NCBI GenBank assembly: GCA_002269645.1
Contig: NIVC01001098.1
Coordinates: 295,172-359,171, forward strand
Source of the DNA: Macrostomum lignano
Taxonomy: Eukaryota
Length of the DNA stretch: 64,000 bases
Direction: 5' to 3'
How positions within the stretch are numbered: position 1 is the first letter of the stretch; every line of letters starts with the position of its first letter. Shown in pieces: positions 1 through 11,485 of the stretch. The notes below the pieces were generated by a model that worked only from the letters and a program-made list of their open reading frames with translations, made no database searches and was not told where the DNA came from. The position numbers and the translations under genes were made by a program.

Positions 1-465
1 GAGCTAGCTGGTAGAGAGAGAGAGCTCATGAGGAGCTAGCTGGTAGGGAGAGAGCTCATGAGGAGCTAGCTGGTAGAGAGAGAGCTCATGAGGAGCTATC
101 TGGTAGAGAGAGCGCTCATGAGGAGCTAGCTGGTAGAGAGTGAGCTCATGAGGAGCTAGCTGGTAGAGAGTGAGCTCATGGGGAGCTAGCTGGTAGAGAG
201 AGAGAGCTCATGAGGAGCTATCTGGTAGAGAGAGAGAGCTCATGAGGAGCTAGCTGGTAGAGAGAGTGAGCTCATGAGGAGCTAGCTGGTAGGGAGAGAG
301 CTCATGAGGAGCTAGCTGGTAGAGAGAGAGAGCTCATGAGGAGCTATCTGGTAGAGAGAGAGAGCTCATGAGGAGCTATCTGGTAGAGAGAGAGAGCTCA
401 TGAGGAGCTAGCTGGTAGAGAGAGAGCTCATGAGGAGCTATCTGGTAGAGAGAGAGCTCATGAGG
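1..465. repeat. Minisatellite, about 30-34 bp (GAGCTCATGAGGAGCTAGCTGGTAGAGAGA), intronic
   Basis: About 15 tandem copies with a variable (GA)n tract. Confidence 0.97.
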
Positions 466-527
466 AGTTACATGTAGCTGATAGAGTGAGTTGAGTCGGC
501 CCAGACTGAGCACCCGTGCGGCCTCAC

Positions 528-3500
528 CTTGCTTCCGAACACCAGCAGCAGGGTGGTGGTGGCGCACAGGATGATGCAGGCCGCCAGCAAGATGACGCGC
601 AGGTTCTGGCCGGAGTCTGGCAGCACGAAGAGCAGCGCCACGCCGATCAGCCCCATCACTGTGGTGTTGTACACACAGACTCCGATGGTCTTGGAGTCGT
701 TGAGCGCCTCCAGCTGAACGCCGCGGGTCTCCCAGGCGAAGATCAGCGCCACCACCAGCATTAGGCCTGGGGTGTCGGTCATGCAGCGGTCATGCAGCGG
801 TCATACATTCAGACAGCAGAGCTTCCCAAGGCTAAAAGATTCTAAATAATTGCTATCAATAGCCTTAATTCGAAAACTTGACGCCTACCTGCACTCAGCT
901 ACCATGCTATGAGTACATTTAACAAGAGCCAAATCTCCGCCTATGAGGCTGATTTCTCAGCTACCATGCTATGAGTACATTTAACAAGAGCCAAATCTCC
1001 GCCTATGAGGCTGATTTCTCAGCTACCATGCTATGAGTACATTTAACAAGAGCCAAATCTCCGCCTATGAGGCTGATTTCAATCTCGCGCCTGCAGCGCT
1101 GTGGACGCCAACTTCTGCTTTTATCCTCCCACCTTAGAAATCTATGGCGACGCCCCCTGCACCTGCCAGGCTGCAGGTCAAGAGCTATGCGCTGTCTCTA
1201 TGGCTTGCATGTACCTTTGATGCCGATGAGAACGCCGAGCCACACGTTCAGCCGCTCCGATGCGCACTTCGCAACTTCCAGGCGTCGCACGGTGCCGTCC
1301 TCCGCCTCCTGGGAAATTCATTCGAACTCATTATGAGCAACCTGTTGCTAGCCTTGGCTTTAGAGAAAACCTCTTGGCACTCACGGTTGACGACAGGAAA
1401 ACCCTCTGCATCTTGAGCGGGTCCGCGATTCCCCAGGCGGTCAGGACGATGGCGTCAGTGACCAGCAGCAGCAGGATTACCGCGAATAGGTGCGAGTCCT
1501 TGATGGCCTGCGGAAGCGGATGGCCCTTGTCTGTCCCAGTTCCAATCTCACTCACTCCCGCTTCACTCACTCCCGCTTCACTCACTCCCGCTTCACTCAC
1601 TCCCGCTTCACTCACTCCCGCTTCACTCACTCCCGCTTCACTCACTCCCACTTCACTCCCGCTTCACTCACTCCCACTTCACTCACTCCCACTTCACTCA
1701 CTCCCACTTCACTCCCGCTTCACTCACTCCCGCTTCACTCACTCCCTATAGCGACTTTCCTATTCATTTCTTAGTTCACCTTCACTTGTCTCTGTTTACT
1801 CTGTTTTCTCTCTCTCTCTCTCTCTCTGTCTAGCTCAATCTTGTTATTCTTATCTCTCTCTCCCTTGCTGCGTTCTGATTGGCTCTCCGTTCTCGCCTCT
1901 TTCCTCAGTCGCGCACTCCACCCCCCTTGTCTTATCTTGCACCCCTAAAGGTAATGTCATATAATATATCGGTTTGGGCCTTGTGCCCACTTACTGGCTC
2001 CTTATTCAATTTAACATCTAATTTAAACGTAGTGTGTTTACTCTTATTATTTTCTCGACACTCCCACTTCACCCGCTCCCTCTTCACTCTCTCTCTCACT
2101 TCAGTCTCCCACTTCACTCACTCCCGCTTCACTCGCTCCCGCTTCACTCACTCCCGCTTCATTCACTCCCGCTTCACTCACTCCCACTTCTCTCACTCCC
2201 GCTTCACTCTCTCCCGCTTCACTCTCTCCCGCTTTACTCACTCCCGCTCCACTCACTCCCAGTTCACTCGCTCCCTCTTCACTCTCTCTCTCTCACTTCA
2301 GTCTCCCACTTCTCTCACTCCAACTTCCCTCCCTTCTTCAAATCTTGCACCAAGTTATTCCAAATTCTGTCCCATCAGCCTCTCCCGTTGCATTCCACCA
2401 ACCATTTTGCGCAGCTTGACGTTGGTGAAGATGCGGTGCACCCGCCAGGTCTTCGCCAGCATGGCGCCGAAGGCGGCTGAGTAGCCGAGGGTCAGCAGGC
2501 CCGTCTGCGCCCAGCACTTCAAGGCGCTAGTGGACCACTGCGAGTTCGCGGCCATCACAATGCAGGAGGCGTAGCACATGAGGCAGCCAGCGCCAATCAC
2601 ATTGTTCACCAGCGGGCTGCTCATCTTGATGAGGCGCAGCTTCCTGTAGTGAAAGTTCACAGCGACCGCCGCCACAGACAGAGCCATGCCCAGCGAGGAG
2701 GCTGAGATGATGGAGATGGCGGCCGGCCTTCCAATCAGCAGGCTGAGAATCTCCACCTGTGGTTCGTCGACTGGAGGCGAGCCGCCTGAACAAATGAATC
2801 GGGTGAACCGGCAGGTCAACTGAGGTCACAATTGACAGCCACTCCCGCCTGTTTCGTTCCAAGAGGGTGAGGGGTCAGAAAGTGTGGGGAGCTGAGAGAC
2901 TCGTTAGCGTTCGGGGAATCGGCCGTACCAGAAAACCAGAGTTCCTTGATCCAGCTGATCCTCCGGCTGATCGGGTCGTACTTGGCCACCAGATCTCGGG
3001 TCAGGTCTGAGGGTGGGCAAATTAATAAAACTGGACATGCTATGGCGGATGCGATTTCGAAACGAGCGCCTCGTTTTGGCAGCAGTGCGCACTTCTCAGC
3101 TGGTAGAACTCCACCTTTGATGACCGGTCGCCCCGCTCATCGAACTTCACCCGGCTCTGGGAAGGAGAGAATTTGGTTTCGTTTACTGCAATTAGTTTCC
3201 CTATGACTCATTCTTCCGCACTTAGTTTCCCTATGACTCATGCTTCCGCAATTAGTTTCCCTATGACTCATGCTTCCGCAAATAGTTTCCCTATGACTCA
3301 TGCTTCCGCAAATAGTTTCCCTATGACTCATGCTTCCGCACTTAGTTTCCCTATGACTCATGCTTCCGCAATTAGTTTCCCTATGACTCATGCTTCCGCA
3401 ATTAGTTTCCCTATGACTCATGCTTCCGCAATTAGTTTCCCTATGACTCATTCTTCCGCACTTAGTTTCCCTATGACTCATGCTTCCGCAATTAGTTTCC

Positions 3501-6500
3501 CTATGACTCATGCTTCCGCAATTAGTTTCCGTATGACTCATGCTTCCGCAAACAGTTTCCCTATGACTCATGCTTCCGCACTTAGTTTCCCTATGACTCA
3601 TGCTTCCGCAATTAGTTTCCCTATGACTCATGCTTCCGCAAATAGTTTCCCTATGACTCATGCTTCCGCACTTAGTTTCCCTATGACTCATGCTTCCGCA
3701 ATTAGTTTCCCTATGACTCATGCTTCCGCACTTAGTTTCCCTATGACTCATTCTTCCGCACTTAGTTTCCCTATGACTCATGCTTCCGCACTTAGTTTCC
3801 CTATGACTCATGCTTCCGCACTTAGTTTCCCTATGACTCATGCTTCCGCAAATAGTTTCCCTATGACTCATGCTTCCGCACTTAGTTTCCCTATGACTCA
3901 TGCTTCCGCACTTAGTTTCCCTATGACTCATGCTTCCGCACTTAGTTTCCCTATGACTCATGCTTCCGCAATTAGTTTCCGTATGACTCATGCTTCCGCA
4001 AATAGTTTCTCTATGGCTCATGCTTCCGCAATTATGCTTTCGCAATCTATGACTCATGCTTCCGCAATTATGACTCATGCTTCCGCAATGACTCATGCTT
4101 CCGCAAATGACTCATGCTTCCGCAAATAGTTTCCCTATGACTCATGCTTCCGCAAATAGTTTCCCTATGACTCATGCTTCCGCAATTAGTTTCTCTATGA
4201 CTCATGCTTCCGCAATTAGTTTCTCTATGACTCATGCTTCCGCAATTAGTTTCCGTATGACTCATGCTTCCGCAAATAGTTTCCCTATGACTCATGCTTC
4301 CGCAAACAGTTTCCCTATGACTCATGCTTCCGCAATTAGTTTCCCTATGACTCATGCTTCCGATTGCAACTCGAGTAGACCTGTCACACAGCTCACCGAT
4401 AGTCCCAGGAAGTCCAGCCGCGTGAGACTGGCGAACAGCTCGGCCTTGAATGACGAGTTCGCCAGCTGCACGGCCTCCGTGTATTCAGAGCGCTGCAGCG
4501 TCTCGTTGAGGGCCAGCGCCGTGCTCATCAGCGAGTCGAACCGGACGTCGAACCCGCCGACACCCTTCGTTGTCGCCGAGGAGGCAATAGACGGAAACAT
4601 GGCCAGCAGATCAGGGTACAGCTGCATGCTGTTCTGCAGGGATTGGGAGGCTGCTAATGATGATGAGCTGCATGCTGTTCTGCAGGGATTGGGAGGCTGC
4701 TAATGATGATGAGCTGCATGCTGTTCTGCGGGGATTGGGAGGCTGCTAATGATGATGAGCTGCAGGGATTGGGAGGCTGCTAATGATGATGAGCTGCATG
4801 CTGTTCTGCAGGGATTGGGAGGCTGCTAATGATGATGAGCTGCATGCTGTTCTGCAGGGATTGGGAGGCTGCTAATGATGATGAGCTGCATGCTGTTCTG
4901 CGGGGATTGGGAGGCTGCTAATGATGATGAGCTGCAGGGATTGGGAGGCTGCTAATGATGATGAGCTGCATGCTGTTCTGCAGGGATTGGGAGGCTGCTA
5001 ATGATGATGAGCTGCATGCTGTTCTGCAGGGATTGGGAGGCTGCTAATGATGATGAGCTGCATGCTGTTCTGCGGGGATTGGGAGGCTGCTAATGATGAT
5101 GAGCTGCAGGGATTGGGAGGCTGCTAATGATGATGAGCTGCATGCTGTTCTGCAGGGATTGGGAGGCTGCTAATGATGATGAGCTGCATGCTGTTCTGCA
5201 GGGATTGGGAGGCTGCTAATGATGATGAGCTGCATGCTGTTCTGCGGGGATTGGGAGGCTGCTAATGATGATGAGCTGCAGGGATTGGGAGGCTGCTAAT
5301 GATGATGAGCTGCATGCTGTTCTGCAGGGATTGGGAGGCTGCTAATGATGATGAGCTGCATGCTGTTCTGCAGGGATTGGGAGGCTGCTAATGATGATGA
5401 GCTGCATTCTGTTCTGCGGGGATTGGGAGGCTGCTAATGATGATGAGCTGCAGGGATTGGGAGGCTGCTAATGATGATGAGCTGCAGGGATTGGGAGGCT
5501 GCTAATGATGATGAGCTGCAGGGATTTGGAGGCTGCTAATGATGATGAGCTGCAGGGATTGGGAGGCTGCTAATGATGATGAGCTGCATGCTGTTCTGCA
5601 GGGATTGGGAGGCTGCTAATGATGATGAGCTGCATGCTGTTCTGCAGGGATTGGGAGGCTGCTAATGATGATGAGCTGCATGCTGTTCTGCGGGGATTGG
5701 GAGGCTGCTAATGATGATGAGCTGCAGGGATTGGGAGGCTGCTAATGATGATGAGCTGCAGGGATTGGGAGGCTGCTAATGATGATGAGCTGCAGGGATT
5801 TGGAGGCTGCTAATGATGATGAGCTGCAGGGATTGGGAGGCTGCTAATGATGATGAGCTGCAGGGATTTGGAGGCTGCTAATGATGATGAGCTGCAGGGA
5901 TTTGGAGGCTGCTAATGATGATGAGCTGCAGGGATTGGGAGGCTGCTAATGATGATGAGCTGCAGGGATTGGGAGGCTGCTAATGATGATGAGCTGCAGG
6001 GATTGGGAGGCTGCTAATGATGATGAGCTGCAGGGATTGGGAGGCTGCTAATGATGATGAGCTGCAGGGATTGGGAGGCTGCTAATGATGAGCTGTATGT
6101 CGCGCGCAAGGAACCTGCATCTGCAATTCTGTTTTTAGCCAAGCTCTGCCCACCTTCTCCGCAATGCCGATCTGCGACTCGATGATGCTCGGGTCCAGAA
6201 CGGCGCTGTCGAATTCGATGGAGCCCTCCAGACTCTGCGCCCTGTCAGCGTCCGGGCAGGAGCCGGGAAATGCTCTGGTGGTGTACGGAAACCCCATCTG
6301 GATGAGGAAGTACTTCGGTCCGTAGAGGCCCATTGACTTCAGCTGTAATTGAATTTGGATGCACTAATTCCAAGTTGTTCAGGTTATCTGCTGAAATTTC
6401 GCTTGAGTCACTTCGAATTCGAAACGTCGAATTTCTCAAAAGTGAATTTGTGACTCACTGCATCTCGAATTTCTTAATAACACAATTGTGACTCTCAAAC

Positions 6501-8730
6501 TTGTTGGTCAGTTGGAGACAAACAGAAAGCACTTCACCATTTCGGTGTTGCGTCATTTTTAATTCTAGAGCAGGAGGTATTCGAGCTGCTCACCAGGCAT
6601 TCAAATCTTTTCCCAGCAGCTTCCGTAGTCGCCATGCGAATGACAATCATGATGCGAAGGTCGTTCATCTGCAAGGGGCGCACGGAACTGCAGCTCAGGG
6701 AGAAAGGGGGCGGTCAGGCTGAACTTCTCAACAGCTCAAAGCAGCTCCATCAGATTCGACTCACCAGCACGCTTCTGAGCGCATTTGTGGGGTCGCTGCC
6801 GAAAATGATCTTCGTGTACGAGGTCAGGTTGTTCTTGATCAGCGCGGCCTCGAAATCCTCGGTGGACTGCCGGTGAGCAGGCGGGGCGCTGGACACTTAA
6901 GGGCAAGCATGGGTCTGGTGGCTGGGTCTGGTGGCTGGGTCTGGTGGCTGGGTCTGGGGGCTGGGTCTGGTGGCTGGGTCTGGTGGCTGGGTCTGGTGGC
7001 TGGGTCTGGTGGCTGGGTCTGGTGGCTGGGTCTGGTGGCTGAGTCTAGTTGACTGAGTCTAGGTGGTTGGGTCCAGGTGGCTGAGTCTAGGTGGCTGAGT
7101 CCAGGTGGTTGGGTCCAGGTGGCTGAGTCTAGGTGGCTGAGTCTAGTTGGCTGAGTCTAGGTGGCTGAGTCTAGGTGGCTGGGTCTAGGTGGCTGGGTCT
7201 AGGTGGCTGGGTCTAGGTGGCTGAGTCTAGGTGGCTGAGTCTAGGTGGCTGAGTCTAGGTGGCTGAGTCCAGGTGGTTGGGTCCAGGTGGCTGAGTCCAG
7301 GTGGTTGGGTCCAGGTGGCTGAGTCTAGGTGGCTGAGTCTAGTTGGCTGAGTCTAGGTGGCTGAGTCTAGGTGGCTGGGTCTAGGTGGCTGGGTCTAGGT
7401 GGCTGAGTCTAGATAAGATGGCGGCACTGGGCCAGGTCAGGTCAAAGCCAGGGTGCCTACGCCCCTTTGTGCAACCGTTGGTGGATCAGCTCACCGAGTA
7501 CACCAGGTCCGAGTCGGAGGTGAGCAGGCCGAACTGCTCCCAGTTGTAGCGCTTCAGCAGGGTGATGGTCGGATCCACAAACAGGCTGGATGTGACGGAC
7601 ATGCGGAAGTAGAACGGGTACTTTGACCGGTCGCTCAGCGTTGGCGAGACATTCGAGTAGCCGATCTGAAATTCGGGTCACAGATTTGAGTAGCGAGACA
7701 AGAATGTGAGGCAAATTCTTATCCGTGATAGCGGCTCGAGACACATTAATACTGTTTATAAGTGTAGTAATTCTGAGCCTCACCTGCGGCAGGTAGTAAT
7801 ACTGAGCGATGTCTGCCACGATCTGCGACTGCTGCGAGAACGCGGCCCCAAGCAGCAGTGCCTTATTGGGCGGCCGCAGGTAGCCGTCCATGAAGGCCTT
7901 CGCGGCGCTGCCCGTCCCGAACTGCGGGTGGGAGAATGTGAGCGAGTTTTTTACGACCGCATTTGCTTTGCGGAGATGGAAAAATACAGAAATACTCGAT
8001 AATTTGGTTGGCGTAGTGCCCCTCCTTCACAGCAGGAGTGGCGTCCCTTCACAGCAGGTGTGGCGCCCCTTTCACAGGTGTGGTGCCCCTTCACAGCAGG
8101 TGTGGCGCCCCTTCACAGCAGGTGTGGCGCCCCTTCACAGCAGGTGTGGCGCCCCTTCACAGCAGGTGTGGCGCCCCTTTCACAGGTGTGGCGCCCCTTT
8201 CACAGCAGGTGTGGCGCCCCTTTCACAGGTGTGGCGCCCCTTTCACAGCAGGTGTGGCGCCCCTTTACAGCAGGTGTGGCGCCCCTTCACAGCACGAGTG
8301 GCGCCCCTTTCACAGCAGGTGTGGCGCTCCTTCACGAAATGTGTGCCGACCCCTCTCACAGCAGGCTTGGCACCCCTAGTGCTGGGGCCCCTGACTGTTC
8401 AGACTGTCACTCGAAGGCATGATGAAGTTGAAGCAGCTGGAGCCTGAGAACAAGGATTGCGGGATGAAAGCTACAAACATCCTGCGACAATCACCGCAGC
8501 CTCACCCCATCAGCAGCAGTATAGGTGATGTTGAGCTCAAAGCCGGGGAACAGGTGGCTCAGGTTGCCGTTAATGTAGCTGGCAGAGAACTCCATGTACT
8601 CAATGTCGGGCCAGCTGAAGCTGCCTTCCGTAGTGACGCAGAGCAGGTGCACCCGCTGGCGCTGTGCCAAGCCCGGCCTTGGGAGCAGCGTCAGCAGCAG
8701 CAGCAGCAGCAACGGTCTCAGGCAGCTCAT
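528..8730 (-). CDS. GABA-B receptor-like class C GPCR (signal peptide + Venus flytrap + 7TM); 13 exons in window, C-terminal tail beyond position 1
   Basis: Exons in transcript order: 8506-8730, 7784-7921, 7495-7665, 6765-6866, 6594-6668, 6154-6342, 4397-4621, 3093-3156, 2929-3006, 2403-2785, 1385-1507, 1215-1308, 528-766. All junctions are GT..AG and phase-compatible; total 2106 nt = 702 codons. Motifs: leader MSCLRPLLLLLLL; IGYSNVSPTLSDRSKYPFYFR; GLYGPKY; RVKFDERGDR; GGSPPVD; IKMSSPLVNN; FGAMLAKTWRVHRIF; AWETR..LNDSK.IGVCVYN. The 7TM part resembles GABA-B2. Six of the exons are absent from the ORF track. Confidence 0.93.
894..1080. repeat. 62-bp tandem repeat x3, intronic
   Basis: CTCAGCTACCATGCTATGAGTACATTTAACAAGAGCCAAATCTCCGCCTATGAGGCTGATTT, three identical copies. 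Confidence 0.95.
1548..2325. repeat. 15-bp minisatellite (CACTCACTCCCGCTT) in two blocks, intronic
   Basis: Blocks at about 1548-1745 and 2060-2325. Confidence 0.93.
3185..4360. repeat. 30-bp minisatellite (CTTCCGCAATTAGTTTCCCTATGACTCATG), intronic
   Basis: About 35-40 near-identical copies; source of the MSHRET ORFs. Confidence 0.97.
4621..6090. repeat. 46/34-bp minisatellite with a 172-bp higher-order period, intronic
   Basis: Long unit GCTGCATGCTGTTCTGCAGGGATTGGGAGGCTGCTAATGATGATGA; the short unit lacks 12 bp. The pattern L-L-L-S repeats every 172 bp. Confidence 0.97.
6912..7410. repeat. 12-bp minisatellite (GGTGGCTGGGTC/GGTGGCTGAGTCTA), intronic
   Basis: Visible tandem array. Confidence 0.95.
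8015..8330. repeat. About 21-bp minisatellite (CAGCAGGTGTGGCGCCCCTTCA), intronic
   Basis: About 14 copies. Confidence 0.93.
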
Positions 8731-9094
8731 GACAGCTCGGCAACTCCCTGCCGCCGCCTGCGCCCGCCTATTTATTCATTCACCTCGGTGCGAAGATGCG
8801 AGCGGGCAGGACGGGGGCTCCGCAATCAGTGAGCCTCAAGCAGCCTCGAGCTCCGCAATCAGGCTCGATTGATGCCTACTTGAGCCACCGAGCTGCGGAT
8901 TCGAATAGCGGGACCGAGCCTCGCTAATAGCCATCATTTTCTGCGCTAAGCAGCCCGCTGCGCACCTGGGCTCCGACTCGGACCTGTCTTGACGCACTGA
9001 CAAAAATATTTCTGAGTGACTTGCAGAAAAATTGAAATAAAAACATGCATCGATCGCAAAGTTGAGATTGACTCAAGCTTTGAAACGCTCTGTT

Positions 9095-10963
9095 GCCAGG
9101 GCCATTTACCCTGCTGCCAGTGCCATTCCCCTACTGCCAGGGCCATTCCCCTGCTGCCAGTGCCATCCCCTGCTGCCAGTGCCATCCCCTGCTGCCAGTG
9201 CCATTCCCCTACTGCCAGGGCCACTTACCCTGCTGCCAATGCCATTCCCCTACTGCCAGGGCCACTTACCCTGCTGCCAATGCCATTCCCCTGCTGCCAG
9301 TGCCATCCCCTGCTGCCAGTGCCATTCCCCTGCTGCCAGTGCCATTCCCCTGCTGCCAGTGCCATTCCCCTGCTGCCAATGCCATTCCCCTGCTGCCAGT
9401 GCCATTCCCCTACTGCCAGTGCCATTCCCCTACTGCCAGTGCCATCCCCTGCTGCCAGTGCCATCCCCCTGCTGCCAGTGCCATTCCCCTACTGCCAGTG
9501 CCATCCCCCTGCTGCCAGTGCCATCCCCCTGCTGCCAGTGCCATTCCCCTGCTGCCAGTGCCATTCCCCTGCTGCTAGTGCCATTCCCCTGCTGCCAGTG
9601 CCACCCCCCTGCTGCCAGTGCCATCCCCCTGCTGCCAGTGCCATTCCCCCTGCTGCCAGTGCCATCCCCCTGCTACCAGTGCCACCCCCCTGCTGCCAAT
9701 GCCATTCCCCTACTGCCAGGGCCATTCCCCTGCTGCCAGTGCCATTCCCCTGCTGCCAGTGCCATTCCCCTACTGCCAGTGCCATCCCCTGCTGCCAGTG
9801 CCATCCCCCTGCTGCCAGTGCCATTCCCCTACTGCCAGTGCCATCCCCCTGCTGCCAGTGCCATCCCCCTGCTGCCAGTGCCATTCCCCTGCTGCCAGTG
9901 CCATTCCCCTGCTGCTAGTGCCATTCCCCTGCTGCCAGTGCCACCCCCCTGCTGCCAGTGCCATCCCCCTGCTGCCAGTGCCATTCCCCTGCTGCCAGTG
10001 CCATCCCCCTGCTACCAGTGCCACCCCCCTGCTGCCAATGCCATTCCCCTACTGCCAGGGCCATTCCCCTGCTGCCAGTGCCATTCCCCTGCTGCCAGTG
10101 CCATTCCCCTGCTGCCAATGCCATTCCCCTGCTGCCAGTGCCATTCCCCTGCTGCCAGTGCCATCCCCCTGCTGCCACTGCCATTCCCCTGCTGCTAGTG
10201 CCATTCCCCTGCTGCCAGTGCCACCCCCCTGCTGCCAGTGCCATCCCCCTGCTGCCAGTGCCATTCCCCCTGCTGCCAGTGCCATCCCCCCTGCTACCAG
10301 TGCCACCCCCCTGCTGCCAATGCCATTCCCCTACTGCCAGGGCCATTCCCCTGCTGCCAGTGCCATTCCCCTGCTGCCAGTGCCATTCCCCTGCTGCCAA
10401 TGCCATTCCCCTGCTGCCAGTGCCATTCCCCTGCTGCCAGTGCCATCCCCCTGCTGCCACTGCCATTCCCCCTGCTGCCAGTGCCATTCCCCCTGCTGCC
10501 AGTGCAATCCCCCTGCTGCCAGTGCCATCCCCCTGCTGCCACTGCCATTCCCCCTGCTGCCAGTGCCATTCCCCCTGCTGCCAGTGCCACCCCCCTGCTG
10601 CCAGTGCCATTCCCCTACTGCCAGTGCCATTCCCCCTGCTGCCAGTGCCATCCCCCTGCTGCCAGTGCCATCCCCCTGCTGCCAGTGCCATTCCCCTGCT
10701 GCCAATGCCATTCCCCTACTGCCAGGGCCATTCCCCTGCTGCCAGTGCCATTCCCCTGCTGCCAGTGCCATTCCCCTGCTGCCAGTGCCATTCCCCTGCT
10801 GCCAGTGCCATCCCCCTGCTGCCAGTGCCATTCCCCCTGCTGCCAGTGCCATTCCCCTACTGCCAGTGCCATTCCCCCTGCTGCCAGTGCAATCCCCCTG
10901 CTGCCAGTGCCATTCCCCTGCTGCCAGTGCCATTCCCCTGCTGCTAGTGCCATTCCCCTGCTG
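9095..10963. repeat. 20-21-bp minisatellite (CCTGCTGCCAGTGCCATTCC), intergenic
   Basis: About 90 copies; source of all CCQCH / WHWQQG ORFs. Confidence 0.97.
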
Positions 10964-11485
10964 CCATAAATTTTCATTTAGCTCAGCACACCTGTGTCAG
11001 TTTCATTTAGATCCTAAATGCATCTTTAGGACCGGACTGGCAGCCTCAGTGACTGCCATCGCTTTTTGCCTTTGTCAGCAGCCATTGTTTCAACAGGATG
11101 CTTTGGCCGGAAGTGCCGGCACAGCCCTCACCGCCTTCCAGTGGTGTTCCATCGGAGCGCCAACAAGATGGCAAGGATAAACTCGAGAAAAGCGACGCAT
11201 GAGCTTCCTGATCTGAGCGTCGAAGAAGAATGTTGAGCTTTCAAACGGACTGACGGGTAGAAGGAAGACTCCTTAAAAACTGCAGCGTCAATTTTTTATC
11301 CTTTCGGAGACCGGGGTACCATCTGTACTTGGTAGTTTCCTCCTTGGCGTGCCATCTGCCTTTTCGGCCCAATGGCATGCACAGCTGCTCTGGAGGCTCC
11401 GGGCAGATGTGCGCTCCTACATGTATTTAAATGGCGCTCAAAGCAGAAGCATACAGAAATTTTCTCCCGACAAGCCAGCAGCAGA

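Noticed and set aside
3137-4355. 319-aa MSHRETxCG and 318-aa FPMTHAS repeat ORFs
   Set aside because: These are translations of a 30-bp intronic minisatellite lying between two phase-compatible GPCR exons.
9016-11180. Cys/His-rich CCQCH ORFs resembling metallothionein or keratin-associated proteins
   Set aside because: Unit length varies between 20 and 21 bp, so the frame shifts constantly; the same peptide appears in all three frames; there is no start or splice context.
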